Source: Minisyncoccia bacterium
GTDB taxonomy: Bacteria; Patescibacteriota; Minisyncoccia; Phycocordibacterales; UBA918
NCBI GenBank assembly: GCA_964229335.1
Contig: CAXRCZ010000006.1
Coordinates: 1 to 51,330 of the forward strand
Direction: 5' to 3'
DNA: 51,330 nt
Shown: piece by piece, positions 28,269 through 40,733 of the stretch
How the letters are laid out: every line of letters starts with the position of its first letter
Numbering within the stretch: position 1 is the stretch's first letter
The notes under the pieces: generated by a model
Database searches by the model: none
What the model was told of the DNA's origin: nothing
What the model saw: only the letters and a program-made list of their open reading frames with translations
Translations under genes and position numbers: made by a program

Positions 28269-28945
28269 TACCTAAAGGACTTTTTGCACAGATTGGATTG
28301 TTACTACTTGCGGTCGGTATAATTTTTACTTACATACGACCGACGTTTGAGGAGATTGGGCAGACGCAGGACGAAATTCTTACCTATCAAACTGAAATCG
28401 AAAAAGTGACCATGGTAAACCAGAAATTGATGAGTATGGTCGCTACTATAGACAGCACCACTATTGATGACAGACAACGCTTGTTGGCGTACATGCCAAA
28501 TACCGTCGATATTCTCTTAGTGCCGCGTGACATTCAAACAATTGTAGAGCGGACTGGCGGTATACTCGATAGTGTCTCCTATGATGGAGTTAGAAATGAT
28601 GAAAGCTCACAAGACAATAGTGGAACAACTAACGCTTATACCAATACGAATCAACAAGCTGCCGGCGGACAATTTGCCAACACCAGTAGTGTGTCTACAG
28701 TGAGTGAAAAACCAACCGCCCATGCCTTCAGCGTCTCTTTTGCTGGAAATTATCAGCAAGTCAAAAATTTCCTCTCTGCTTTAGAGACTAATCACTACCC
28801 GCTGGAGGTGCATCAACTAACCCTCTCACCAGCGGAAGGAGGTTTTCTCAACGCTGAGCTTGAATTAGTGACATATTCTCATCTTGATCCGAGTCCTCAA
28901 GAAGAGTTGCAGCAAACATTTAATAATCAGCCAATGAACATATGA
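28265..28945 (+). CDS. PilO-like protein
   Basis: N-terminal TM, coiled coil, F.GNYQQVKNFLSALE motif. Confidence 0.75.
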   Translation: MIPKGLFAQIGLLLLAVGIIFTYIRPTFEEIGQTQDEILTYQTEIEKVTMVNQKLMSMVATIDSTTIDDRQRLLAYMPNTVDILLVPRDIQTIVERTGGILDSVSYDGVRNDESSQDNSGTTNAYTNTNQQAAGGQFANTSSVSTVSEKPTAHAFSVSFAGNYQQVKNFLSALETNHYPLEVHQLTLSPAEGGFLNAELELVTYSHLDPSPQEELQQTFNNQPMNI

Positions 28946-29256
28946 ATAATACTGTAAAAAACATTTTTATTGTTGCTGGATTGCTAGCGGTTGCCTACGC
29001 AGCCTATTATTTGTACTTACAACGAGAAGCGAGTACATTAGATTCTTCTCCCACTGGTGTATCTAACCAAACTATGATTTCCCAGACTCAAATGTTCATT
29101 CAACACCGACGTGAACTCGATGCGATGGATCCAAACTTATCTATATTTGAAGATCCCCGCTTCTTATCATTGATTGATTACACCGAACCAGTAGAAGATC
29201 AGCCTGTTGGTCGATCTGATCCTTTTGCGCCACGTACCTATCAAGTAGCTAACTAG
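28942..29256 (+). CDS. Small pilus-associated protein (PilP-position, GRxDPF motif)
   Basis: TM followed by C-terminal GRSDPFAP; operon position. Confidence 0.6.
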   Translation: MNNTVKNIFIVAGLLAVAYAAYYLYLQREASTLDSSPTGVSNQTMISQTQMFIQHRRELDAMDPNLSIFEDPRFLSLIDYTEPVEDQPVGRSDPFAPRTYQVAN

Positions 29257-29264
29257 CTGGGCAT

Positions 29265-31088
29265 ATGGACCCGATACAACAACTCACAGAGCAAGGGGTA
29301 CTTACTGCCGATGCTGCTTCCAGAGCAGAAGTATTACGTGAAAATGGACAGACATACGAAGAGGTTTTACATGAGGTGGAGGTGCCACGACTTAAGATAA
29401 AGGAAGTATTGGCTAAGTACTATCAAGTTCCCACCTATGAAATACCAGAAGGGTTCAATATCACTCAAGAAATATTAAATTATATCCCCCAAGACTCAGC
29501 CGTACACTATCGAGTAATGCCGCTCGAGACTGAAGACGGTATTCTCAAGGTCGGAAGTAGTAATCCCGATGATTTGCAGATGCGGGAGGCTTTGAATTTT
29601 ATTAGTGCTAAGAACAATCTTTCTTATCGCCTCTTCTATCTACTCGATGAAGAAATTACTAAACTCCAAGAATTTTACACTAACTTAAAAGGGGATGTTG
29701 GAATGGCACTACAGAATCTCGAAAGTGATCTCGATGCTGAGATAGCTGCTAGCACCAATGAAAGTCAGGAGGAAGAAACCTATGAGCATATTGAAGAAGA
29801 TGCTCCGGTAACAAAAATTGTAGCCACTATTTTGCGTTACGCGGTGGATGGGAAAGCGTCTGATATTCATATCGAACCAACACCAACTAAAGTAGGAGTG
29901 CGGTTTCGGGTTGATGGTGAGTTAGCCACCAGTCTTGAATTACCAAAAAATGTCCATATGGCGGTAGTCGCACGAGTCAAAATTCTTTCCTCGATGCGAC
30001 TAGATGAACGGCGAAAGCCTCAAGACGGGCGTTTTTCAGCTACCTTCGATGATCGCAAAATAGATTTTCGTGTTTCAGTATTGCCAACCAATCATGGCGA
30101 GAAAGTAGTGATGCGTATCTTGGACAACGAAAAAGGCGTCCACTCATTGGAAGAAACTGGTTTAGCGCCAGAAAACCTAGATATCATCAAGCGTATTGTA
30201 AAAGAACCATATGGCATCATTCTCATTTCTGGTCCAACTGGCTCTGGTAAGTCGACCACCTTATACGGAATGCTCGGAGAAGTTGATCGTGTGAGTAATA
30301 ACGTGATGTCACTAGAAGATCCAATCGAGTATTCAATCGATGGAGTTAGTCAGTCCCAAGTTCGGCCGGAGATAGGGTATACCTTTGCCAAAGGACTACG
30401 AGCTTCGTTGCGACAAGACCCCGATATTATTATGGTAGGGGAGATTCGAGACAAAGAAACAGCGCAGTTGGCCATTCAGGCTGCGCTTACCGGTCACTTA
30501 GTGTTGTCCACCATCCACACCAACAATGCGGTTGGGGTCATCCCGCGATTAATTGATATGGGGGTCGACCCATACCTAATTGCGCCTACTCTTAAGCTTG
30601 CTATAGCACAGCGCTTGGCGCGGCGTCTATGTGATGGAACTGGAATCGAAAAACCAATTGATCACAGCACCAATTTGATAATTGACGAAGCTTTCAAGAC
30701 ATTACCGAAAAAATATCATGGCCGCATCCCAGAACGCACAACTATTATGGAACCAGAAAAAACACCCGGTTGTTCAACCGGTATGAGAGGACGAACTGCG
30801 GTCAGTGAAGTACTTGAAATAAACGAAGAGATGCAAGAATTAATTTTGCAAAATGCTCCGGAAGAAAAGTTTTTGACCGTAGCTCGGAAAAATGGCTTTG
30901 TCAGTATGTTTGAGGACGCAATCATAAAAGCCTTGAAGCACGAAATCCCATTTGAAGAAATGATGGCTTTTAGAAGTCAGGTCGGCAATGAACCAGACTT
31001 GCCAGAAACAGAAGTAGATGTCGATAACTCTTCACCAGAACTGCCTCCGACCGATATAATAAAAAGTGATGAAACTCCTACTAATTGA
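29265..31088 (+). CDS. pilB: Type IV pilus extension ATPase PilB/GspE
   Basis: ASDIHIEP, PQDGRF, GPTGSGKSTT, LRQDPD, TGHLVLSTIHTN. Confidence 0.95.
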   Translation: MDPIQQLTEQGVLTADAASRAEVLRENGQTYEEVLHEVEVPRLKIKEVLAKYYQVPTYEIPEGFNITQEILNYIPQDSAVHYRVMPLETEDGILKVGSSNPDDLQMREALNFISAKNNLSYRLFYLLDEEITKLQEFYTNLKGDVGMALQNLESDLDAEIAASTNESQEEETYEHIEEDAPVTKIVATILRYAVDGKASDIHIEPTPTKVGVRFRVDGELATSLELPKNVHMAVVARVKILSSMRLDERRKPQDGRFSATFDDRKIDFRVSVLPTNHGEKVVMRILDNEKGVHSLEETGLAPENLDIIKRIVKEPYGIILISGPTGSGKSTTLYGMLGEVDRVSNNVMSLEDPIEYSIDGVSQSQVRPEIGYTFAKGLRASLRQDPDIIMVGEIRDKETAQLAIQAALTGHLVLSTIHTNNAVGVIPRLIDMGVDPYLIAPTLKLAIAQRLARRLCDGTGIEKPIDHSTNLIIDEAFKTLPKKYHGRIPERTTIMEPEKTPGCSTGMRGRTAVSEVLEINEEMQELILQNAPEEKFLTVARKNGFVSMFEDAIIKALKHEIPFEEMMAFRSQVGNEPDLPETEVDVDNSSPELPPTDIIKSDETPTN

Positions 31089-31440
31089 TGATGATGCCTT
31101 TTTGCGTGACATGTATGCCACTAAATTTTCCGAAGCAGGGCATACTGTAGAAACAGCTGAAAGTGCCGCTGATGGGTTGGCAGTGCTAGAAAAATCACAA
31201 GAGTATGACGCTATGCTATTGGACATGATTATGCCCGGTATGACTGGTGTCGAACTCATAAGCACCATCAAGAAAGAATATCCAGATTTACAAACAGCTA
31301 TGATTGTACTGTCTAATCAAGGTCAGGCTGAAGACGTCGCTTCAGCCAAGCAGGCTGGTGCAGCTGGATACATTATTAAGGCTGAATCGATTCCTAGTGA
31401 AGTCGTGAAGAAAGTAGAGTCCCTAGTTAACAAATCCTAG
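31069..31440 (+). CDS. Single-domain response regulator (CheY-like)
   Basis: LLIDDD, LLDMIMPGMTG, LSN, GAAGYIIK. Confidence 0.92.
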   Translation: MKLLLIDDDAFLRDMYATKFSEAGHTVETAESAADGLAVLEKSQEYDAMLLDMIMPGMTGVELISTIKKEYPDLQTAMIVLSNQGQAEDVASAKQAGAAGYIIKAESIPSEVVKKVESLVNKS

Positions 31441-31443
31441 TAT

Positions 31444-32511
31444 ATGTCAGTAGATTATCGAAAAGAATTACAAGCCCTGATTGAACTGATAATTCAAGAG
31501 AAAGCCTCTGACCTACATTTTTCTGTGGATGCGCATCCAATGGTGCGGGTCTCTAGCAGTTTGATTCCGCTCGTTAAAAAACCAATTCTCACTGATGGTG
31601 ATGTCGATAGTTTTGCGAAGCTCTTAATGCGCGAAGATCAGTACAAAAGATATCTAGAATATGAAGAAATAGATTTCTCTTACGAAAACGCTGAAGGAGT
31701 ACGTTTTCGTGGGAATGCATTTTACCAACGAGGCCGTATGGGTATCGCGCTACGTTTGATTCCAAATGTAATTCGCACTCTAGATGAACTTCATCTGCCA
31801 CCAATCTTGGAAAGTTTTACTCAGCGTAACCAAGGGTTCTTTCTGTGCGTAGGTCCAGTCGGACAAGGCAAATCAACCACTCTGGCCGCCATGGTAAATA
31901 CTATTAATAAGAATCGGGCTGAACACGTCGTAACCATTGAAGATCCAATTGAGTACGTATATCAAGAAGAGAAAGCTCTAATCGATCAGCGCGAAGTCGG
32001 TATTGATACCAAGAGTTTCGAAGCAGCGCTCAATGCTTCGTTCCGTCAAGACGTCGATGTAATTCTTGTGGGAGAAATGCGTAATGCCGAGACAATTGCG
32101 GCGGCAGTGACTGCGGCTGAGACCGGGCACTTGGTCTATTCGACACTCCATACCAATGACGCAGCGCAAACCATTAACCGTATTGTCGATAGTTTTCCTG
32201 GTAGTCAACAAGACCAGATTAGAGTCCAGCTTGCAGGTTCGCTAATCGCCATCTTTTCTCAACGACTCATTCCACGCATCTCCGGTGGGTTAGTACCAGC
32301 CTATGAACTTTTGATAAACAATAACGCGGTCAGTAACTTGATTCGTGAAAATCGAGTACATGAGATTGGTTCAGTGATTGAGACAGGACTTGAGCAAGGA
32401 ATGATTGACATGAACCGCTCGCTCGCTCGCCTCGTACAGACCGGAGAAATTACAGTTGAGAACGCCTTCCTTTATTCATTTAATCCAAAAGGTCTCGAAC
32501 GGCTCCTGTAA
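31444..32511 (+). CDS. pilT: Type IV pilus retraction ATPase PilT
   Basis: ASDLH, GPVGQGKSTT, TIEDPIE, AAETGHLV.STLHT, VSNLIRE. Confidence 0.96.
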   Translation: MSVDYRKELQALIELIIQEKASDLHFSVDAHPMVRVSSSLIPLVKKPILTDGDVDSFAKLLMREDQYKRYLEYEEIDFSYENAEGVRFRGNAFYQRGRMGIALRLIPNVIRTLDELHLPPILESFTQRNQGFFLCVGPVGQGKSTTLAAMVNTINKNRAEHVVTIEDPIEYVYQEEKALIDQREVGIDTKSFEAALNASFRQDVDVILVGEMRNAETIAAAVTAAETGHLVYSTLHTNDAAQTINRIVDSFPGSQQDQIRVQLAGSLIAIFSQRLIPRISGGLVPAYELLINNNAVSNLIRENRVHEIGSVIETGLEQGMIDMNRSLARLVQTGEITVENAFLYSFNPKGLERLL

Positions 32512-32520
32512 TATTTACGT

Positions 32521-33738
32521 ATGTTGTTTACTTATAAAGCACTCGACAGCACCAACGCGCAGCGGGAGGGAACCGTAGAGGCACCTAGTATTGACGCCGC
32601 TATTTCAGCGGTGCAAAAACGCGGATACACCATCATATCAATTGATGAAGTAGCCAAACAGCAAGGATTGTCTGGTCTGGTAAACATTGAATTATCTTTT
32701 TTTCAAGGCGTATCAAATAAGGAAATAGTTATTCTATCTCGCCAGATTGCCACCTTATTTCAGGCACAAGTTTCGCCACTACGAATCTTTCGCTTACTCT
32801 CGGCTGAGTCAGAAAATGAAAAACTGCGTGTGGTCTTGAATGAAGTAGTCGAAGACCTACAAGCTGGTACGTCTATATCACGCGCATTGGCAGCCCATCC
32901 ATCAGTCTTTTCAGCTTTTTATGTCAACTTGGTGCGTTCTGGCGAGCAATCTGGTTCACTCGAAAAAGCGTTCGATTATTTAGCCGATTACTTAGACCGC
33001 CAGTATGAAATTATTTCTAAGGCTCGCAATGCACTAGTGTACCCAGCCTTTGTTATCTCAATCTTTTTTGTAGTGATGGCCTTGATGCTCACCTTGGTGA
33101 TTCCAAGTGTGGCGAGGATTTTGACTGAATCTGGTCAAGAATTGCCTATTTATACCAAGCTGGTAATCGGCATTTCTAACTTCATGGTCAACTACATTAG
33201 CATCATCTTGTTGCTGATAGCTGGAGGTGGTGCCGCCTTATGGAAGTTCTCAAGAACCGGAGTCGGGAGACGTACTATCGATGAGTTTATTTTATCGATT
33301 CCGTATATTGGAGACTTGCAGCGCAAACTACTTCTAACCCGTATTTGTGACAACATGTCTACCATGCTCTCCAGTGGTATCTCAATCGTACAGGCTATTG
33401 AAGTAACAGCCGATGTCGTAGACAACCTGGTCTTTAAGGAGATTCTTGAGACCACTCTTGAAGAGGTGCGTGGCGGACGGTCCTTTGCTGATGCAATCGG
33501 GGAGTATTCAGAGATTCCCGGAATTCTGTCTCAGATGGCCAAGGTCGGTGAAGAAACCGGTAGTTTAGCAAATATTTTAGAGACGCTTTCAAACTTCTAT
33601 CGCCGAGAAGTTAATAACGCGGTGGACACTCTAATTAGTTTGATTGAACCAGCGATGATTGTGGCGCTCGGTCTCGGGGTCGGGGTATTGTTGGCTTCCG
33701 TGTTGATGCCAATCTATAATCTAACAAGCAACTTCTAA
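32521..33738 (+). CDS. pilC: Type IV pilus platform protein PilC/GspF
   Basis: Two T2SSF repeats, GEQSGSL, GEETGSL, LIEP. Confidence 0.95.
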   Translation: MLFTYKALDSTNAQREGTVEAPSIDAAISAVQKRGYTIISIDEVAKQQGLSGLVNIELSFFQGVSNKEIVILSRQIATLFQAQVSPLRIFRLLSAESENEKLRVVLNEVVEDLQAGTSISRALAAHPSVFSAFYVNLVRSGEQSGSLEKAFDYLADYLDRQYEIISKARNALVYPAFVISIFFVVMALMLTLVIPSVARILTESGQELPIYTKLVIGISNFMVNYISIILLLIAGGGAALWKFSRTGVGRRTIDEFILSIPYIGDLQRKLLLTRICDNMSTMLSSGISIVQAIEVTADVVDNLVFKEILETTLEEVRGGRSFADAIGEYSEIPGILSQMAKVGEETGSLANILETLSNFYRREVNNAVDTLISLIEPAMIVALGLGVGVLLASVLMPIYNLTSNF

Positions 33739-33852
33739 GTTTTCCCCATTTAGAGAAAACACGCGGCAACTGCTTCGTATAATTAAGATAGCCTCACTAA
33801 ATATAGGTACCTATACTGTGGCACTACTATTTAAGATAATTAGTTTTAAAAT

Positions 33853-34308
33853 ATGAAAAAAGTATTACAACGCGGTTTCACTCTCATCGAGCTGTTGGTT
33901 GTGATTGCTATCATCGGTATTCTCGCCGCGGTAGTACTCGCTTCTTTGAACGATGCGCGGGATGGTGGTTCGGACGCATCAATTAAACAAACCATGGGTA
34001 ATATTCGCTCACAAGCTGAGATTTACTACAATAGCGACAGTACCTTTTCTTACACTGACTTGTGTGAGGATGCTGATGTAGAGAGATTACTAGACGCAGC
34101 AGCAGCAGGCGGAGCCGATGCTGACGGAGCGCATGCAGATGACGCCGCTGCATCAGCTACTTCTGGTGTATGTAATGACAGTGATTCGGAATGGGCTGCC
34201 TGGATGCCTCTAGCAACCAGTGGCGGCTGGTGTATTGATAGCACTGGTTATGCTGGATCAGCCTCTAGCACGGTAATTAGTTCTGGAACTGACTACACTT
34301 GTAGCTAA
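33853..34308 (+). CDS. Major type IV pilin 1
   Basis: RG|FTLIELLVVIAIIGILAAVV; WCIDSTG; own promoter and terminator. Confidence 0.93.
   Translation: MKKVLQRGFTLIELLVVIAIIGILAAVVLASLNDARDGGSDASIKQTMGNIRSQAEIYYNSDSTFSYTDLCEDADVERLLDAAAAGGADADGAHADDAAASATSGVCNDSDSEWAAWMPLATSGGWCIDSTGYAGSASSTVISSGTDYTCS
33864..33959 (+). repeat. 96-bp direct repeat, copy 1 (pilin 5' end)
   Basis: Identical to 34503-34598. Confidence 0.9.
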
Positions 34309-34325
34309 GTTCGATGCAAGGAAAA

Positions 34326-34350
34326 CAAAAAGCGCCTCTAGGCGCTTTTT
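34326..34350 (+). terminator. Terminator after pilin 1
   Basis: AAAAAGCGCC-TCTA-GGCGCTTTTT. Confidence 0.85.
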
Positions 34351-34491
34351 GTTTTCCACGAGCAAAAAAATAAATTAAAAGGAAAGCACGTATAATATAA
34401 ATACACCTCGCTATAACGTAGGTTAGTCTGGTTTCTATGTACGCAGCTGATACATGAAAATCAGATATTAATTAATAACGTATTTACAATT

Positions 34492-34944
34492 ATGATCAAT
34501 AAATTACAACGCGGTTTCACTCTCATCGAGCTGTTGGTTGTGATTGCTATCATCGGTATTCTCGCCGCGGTAGTACTCGCTTCTTTGAACGATGCGCGAG
34601 ATAGTGGTAACGATGCAGCTATCAAGCAAACCATGAGTAATATTCGCTCTCAAGCTGAAATCTTCTACAACTCAAACAGCTTCAGTTACGAAGGTGTGTG
34701 TGCTGATACTGACATCCAACGCTTAGGTGACGCCGCTGCTGCAAATGGCCTTGATGCAGACGATGATATGGGGGTAGGTGACACTACAGTCTCAACTGCT
34801 ACTGCTGGTATCTGCCATGACTCCGCTAGTGCATGGGCAGTACAGATGCCACTTGCTACGTCTGATAACTGGTGCGTTGACTCTTCAGGTAACGCTCTAC
34901 AAACCAGTACTCCGCTAGGAAGCAGCGACTACGTCTGTAACTAA
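34492..34944 (+). CDS. Major type IV pilin 2
   Basis: RG|FTLIELLVVIAIIGILAAVV; WCVDSSG. Confidence 0.93.
   Translation: MINKLQRGFTLIELLVVIAIIGILAAVVLASLNDARDSGNDAAIKQTMSNIRSQAEIFYNSNSFSYEGVCADTDIQRLGDAAAANGLDADDDMGVGDTTVSTATAGICHDSASAWAVQMPLATSDNWCVDSSGNALQTSTPLGSSDYVCN
34503..34598 (+). repeat. 96-bp direct repeat, copy 2 (pilin 5' end)
   Basis: Identical to 33864-33959. Confidence 0.9.
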
Positions 34945-34962
34945 TCGCAATTTAAAAACTAC

Positions 34963-34986
34963 AAAAAGCGCCGCCAGGCGCTTTTT
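34963..34986 (+). terminator. Terminator after pilin 2
   Basis: AAAAAGCGCC-GCCA-GGCGCTTTTT. Confidence 0.85.
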
Positions 34987-35031
34987 GTATAACCGCTAAA
35001 GCCTAGTAATAGCTACGGTATACTGTAAAGA

Positions 35032-35862
35032 ATGCTATCTACCTTAGAGGTTTTACCAGTTGCGGTACAGATTGCTATGAGTTTTGGATTTGGTGCTATT
35101 ATCGGCAGCTTTCTCAACGTGGTTATATATCGTTTCAATACCGGTAAATCGTTATCCGGTAACTCACATTGTTTGTCCTGCGGAAAAACACTGCGTTTTT
35201 ATGAATTGTTTCCAGTAATTTCGTACCTTAGCTTGCGCGGTCGTTGTCGTGGGTGTGGAAGTTTTTTTTCAGCTCGGTACTTAGTGGTAGAGGTGGGAAC
35301 TGGCACCTTGTTTGCGATTGCACTTATGGTCGCCACTTCGACTTTAGAGGCAGCGTTTCTTTGGTTAATTATCAGTGTGTTAGTGGTAATAGTGGTTTAC
35401 GACATCAGGCACTACATCATTCCCGACATATTAGTGCTATTGCTGCTCGGTATAATGGCATCCTTGCTGGCGTGGCAATATTGGCAGGGAATAATATCGA
35501 CCATTTATCTACTGTACGCCGTCTTGGCGGCAGCGATTGCTAGTGGAGTATTTTTCTTGCTGTGGTTTATCTCTAAAGGGCAATGGCTTGGCTTTGGAGA
35601 TGTCAAACTAGTATTCCCACTCGCGCTCTTAGTTGGTCCAAGTCTTACTTTTTCATTTATTGTGTGGTCGTTTTGGATTGGAGCAATAGTTAGCGTCGGA
35701 ATACTACTAATGGCAAGTCTATCGAGGGGAAAACTCACCTTACCTTTTTTATCAGGCAGACTTACAATGAAAAGTGCAGTCCCGTTTGCCCCTTTTTTGA
35801 TAGCCGGCGCTTTATTGGTCTTTTTTACATCGATTGATGTTATTACACTTTTTACATTCTAA
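35032..35862 (+). CDS. pilD: Prepilin peptidase PilD
   Basis: GSFLNVVIYR, CxxC...CxxC, YD, GFGDVKL, PFAPFL. Confidence 0.95.
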   Translation: MLSTLEVLPVAVQIAMSFGFGAIIGSFLNVVIYRFNTGKSLSGNSHCLSCGKTLRFYELFPVISYLSLRGRCRGCGSFFSARYLVVEVGTGTLFAIALMVATSTLEAAFLWLIISVLVVIVVYDIRHYIIPDILVLLLLGIMASLLAWQYWQGIISTIYLLYAVLAAAIASGVFFLLWFISKGQWLGFGDVKLVFPLALLVGPSLTFSFIVWSFWIGAIVSVGILLMASLSRGKLTLPFLSGRLTMKSAVPFAPFLIAGALLVFFTSIDVITLFTF

Positions 35863-36451
35863 AAGTAAGTCACTTACTCGTATAAGCCGTCAGAAATCCG
35901 GCAGCCCGGCTGGTTTTGGTTTGATTGAATTAATGGTCAGTATCAGTATCATGGTGCTAATTTCTGCCATTGTATTAGCTCGGCACGGTGCTTTTAACGG
36001 TGCTGTACTCCTTAGAAGTCAGACGTACGAGGTGGCTCTGCAACTACGAGAGCTACAGCTAAGCGCAGTTAGTGCTACTAGTATAGCGGGTAACTTCAAC
36101 ACAATATTAGGAGTACAATTCGATACACAAACTCCTCGTACGTTTACTAATTTTAGCGATCAAGACGGTGATTATTATTACGATGCCAACGAAGCGTATG
36201 GTCAGCCAGGCACACTTGATCCTCGTTTTGAAATTAGGTCTATTACTGCTACTGGAGACACTGTTTCTGGAACAGGTGTCTCGATAGTATTTGAGCGACC
36301 AAACTTCGACGCTAGGTTTTTTGATGTTGGTGGTGAAATTAACGCTTCAAGTATTGAGATTGTGATTGGTCGAGTAGGAGAATCTGGAGTCGGGCCAGAG
36401 GTAATACGGACCCTCGAAGTCACTTCTACTGGTCAGATTACTGTACAATAG
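35837..36451 (+). CDS. Minor pilin (FimT/GspH-like)
   Basis: AG|FGLIELMVSISIM. Confidence 0.85.
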   Translation: MLLHFLHSKSKSLTRISRQKSGSPAGFGLIELMVSISIMVLISAIVLARHGAFNGAVLLRSQTYEVALQLRELQLSAVSATSIAGNFNTILGVQFDTQTPRTFTNFSDQDGDYYYDANEAYGQPGTLDPRFEIRSITATGDTVSGTGVSIVFERPNFDARFFDVGGEINASSIEIVIGRVGESGVGPEVIRTLEVTSTGQITVQ

Positions 36452-36456
36452 AGTAT

Positions 36457-37146
36457 ATGCGGAAGGTACTTTTACAGCATTTTCTGAAGCTACAAACTTC
36501 CAACGTGCGAAACCAGTGTCGGCAGGCAGGTTTTACACTGATTGAAATGATTGTTTCACTGGCCCTGTTTTCGATTGTGGTCGTCGTATCAGTCGGGGCG
36601 TTGTTGATGCTGGTTGGTACCAATAACCAGTTGCAAGGTGAGCAGAGTGTCATGACCAATCTCTCTTTTGCGCTCGATAGTATGACGCGAGAATTGCGAA
36701 CGGGAACTGCCTATTATTGTTTTAGTATGAACTCGCCTTTGAGCGGGGGCGGAGCAGTTAATCTTGATGCGCTTATTGGCGATGCAAAAAATGATTGTCA
36801 AAATGGTAATCCAAGCAATCTTCGTTACCACGGAATCATCTTTAAAGAAGCGGGAGACAGTATTACCGGTAATGCCGAGCGAATTGCTTATTACTTTGAC
36901 AGACAAGAGGGGAGGATTTATCGAATTGTTAGCTCTGCCGCTCCAGAATCAATTGTTTCGTCAGGTATTTTCATCAGAGAGGCAGAATTTGTAGTAACTG
37001 GTACTCGTACAGTCGAAGAGGGTGGATTGAATCGGGATATACAGCCGACCATCACTGTATTTATTGAAGCGGCTGAAGGTACTGAGGTTGATGCAAAACC
37101 CTACTATATTCAAACCACCATAACTCAACGTTCACTTGATGTATGA
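36457..37146 (+). CDS. Minor pilin (PilW/GspJ-like)
   Basis: AG|FTLIEMIVSLALF...LDSMTRELR. Confidence 0.85.
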   Translation: MRKVLLQHFLKLQTSNVRNQCRQAGFTLIEMIVSLALFSIVVVVSVGALLMLVGTNNQLQGEQSVMTNLSFALDSMTRELRTGTAYYCFSMNSPLSGGGAVNLDALIGDAKNDCQNGNPSNLRYHGIIFKEAGDSITGNAERIAYYFDRQEGRIYRIVSSAAPESIVSSGIFIREAEFVVTGTRTVEEGGLNRDIQPTITVFIEAAEGTEVDAKPYYIQTTITQRSLDV

Positions 37147-37745
37147 AATATAACGTATCAGAAAAAGGTTTTAGTTTAGTAGAGACGCTGGTGGCGATAA
37201 CGATATTACTGTTGGTCATCATTGGTCCAATGACAATCAGTTCTCGGACGGCACAAAGTACCAGTTTCTCAAGTGAGCAGGTGATAGCATTCTTTTTAGC
37301 GCAGGAAGGAGCGGAGCTGGCTCAAAAAGCTCGTGATGATTTATTATTACGTCAGTTTCTCAGCTCTAATGATCCACTGTATTTGAATAACTATTGGTCA
37401 ATATTTTCAAACCAAAATGGTGCATATAGAGAATGCTACGAACCAGCTGGTTGTGGACTAGAAATCACTGGTAACAATAGCGGATCACTTATTACACCAT
37501 TAGACTGTGGGACTTTCGACTTGTGCCGTCTGTACCTAGATGAAAGCGCGGGTAATATTAGGTCTCACTATACACACACTAGTACCGCGGGTGATCCTAC
37601 TATCTTTACCCGAAAGATATTTTTTGACTGGGATGGAATAGACCAAGTGAAAGTGACTTCTCAAGTGACTTGGCAAAGCGGCGTCACTGCAGATGATCAA
37701 GAAGTAGCAGTAGAAACATATTTATTCAACATTTATGAAAACTAA
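37143..37745 (+). CDS. Minor pilin (PilV-like)
   Basis: KG|FSLVETLVAI...AFFLAQEGAE. Confidence 0.85.
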   Translation: MKYNVSEKGFSLVETLVAITILLLVIIGPMTISSRTAQSTSFSSEQVIAFFLAQEGAELAQKARDDLLLRQFLSSNDPLYLNNYWSIFSNQNGAYRECYEPAGCGLEITGNNSGSLITPLDCGTFDLCRLYLDESAGNIRSHYTHTSTAGDPTIFTRKIFFDWDGIDQVKVTSQVTWQSGVTADDQEVAVETYLFNIYEN

Positions 37746-38334
37746 TTCGAGTCCACAGCAAAAAAAAGGCTTTGCATTACTACTAACGTTGATTGTAGTA
37801 TCTGTCATTATATCGATTGGTTTGTCTGTGTTGGACTTGTCTATTTTACAGGTGCGACTATCGACTAACTCAAAAGACTCCGAAGTTTCTTTTCATGCGG
37901 CAAATGCTGGTATGGAGTGTGCTCAGTATTGGCGGCGAACCGAATCCAATAGAATGGAGGGAGGACAGGCAATTTCTCCCACCTGTTTTGATGCCAATAC
38001 TTACTCTAACAGTCGTACCACCATCACTTCAGGTGCTAATGGTTCAGCGTATCAATACCGGTATTCTTTCACTTGGCCAGGCTCGGTTCAGCGATGTACC
38101 CAGATAAACACCATCGTGATAGCAGCTGCGCTAGATGGGAACGATTTAACTGTCAATAATATGACTTCATATATCCCTGGATATCCAGGTAATACCAGTA
38201 GAACCTGTGTGGCTGGAGAGACCTGTACTATCATTTCAGCGCAGGGATTCAACAAAACCTGCGCTGCAGTACAGGCGGCTGACAGTAATGACACCTTCGG
38301 TATCGTTTCTCGTGAAGTATTGCTACAATTCTAA
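37735..38334 (+). CDS. Minor pilin (PilX-like, lacks Glu5)
   Basis: KG|FALLLTLIV...SFHAANAGME. Confidence 0.82.
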   Translation: MKTNSSPQQKKGFALLLTLIVVSVIISIGLSVLDLSILQVRLSTNSKDSEVSFHAANAGMECAQYWRRTESNRMEGGQAISPTCFDANTYSNSRTTITSGANGSAYQYRYSFTWPGSVQRCTQINTIVIAAALDGNDLTVNNMTSYIPGYPGNTSRTCVAGETCTIISAQGFNKTCAAVQAADSNDTFGIVSREVLLQF

Positions 38335-40353
<2,019 letters not shown>

Positions 40354-40418
40354 TGCCGGTAATGCTATGATGCCCAATATCAAGCTACCGCGCACAGCGC
40401 CGTTATTGGTTGCTAAAT

Positions 40419-40733
40419 ATGGAAAAAGAAAATCAAATAACACAAGCCGATATTGCTCATTTAGCTTCACTAGCCCGGATTAGTGTTTCAGAGGCTGAAT
40501 TAACCTCGTTTGAAACTGAGCTGTCTTCAATCATGAAGTATGTAAGTGAAATCACTACCATCGCAGCTGACGAAACAGATGCCGAGCCGTCGCTCGGAGC
40601 GCGCCATAATGTGTTTCGTGAAGATGTGGTAACCAATGAGTCAGGAGAATACACAGAAGCGATTTTGGATGAAATGCCAGCACGTGAAGGTCAGCACTTG
40701 TTGGTTAAAAAAATACTATCGCACGATGAATAA
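40419..40733 (+). CDS. gatC: Asp/Glu-tRNA amidotransferase subunit C
   Basis: IAHLASLARI...NVFRED; directly upstream of gatA. Confidence 0.92.
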   Translation: MEKENQITQADIAHLASLARISVSEAELTSFETELSSIMKYVSEITTIAADETDAEPSLGARHNVFREDVVTNESGEYTEAILDEMPAREGQHLLVKKILSHDE

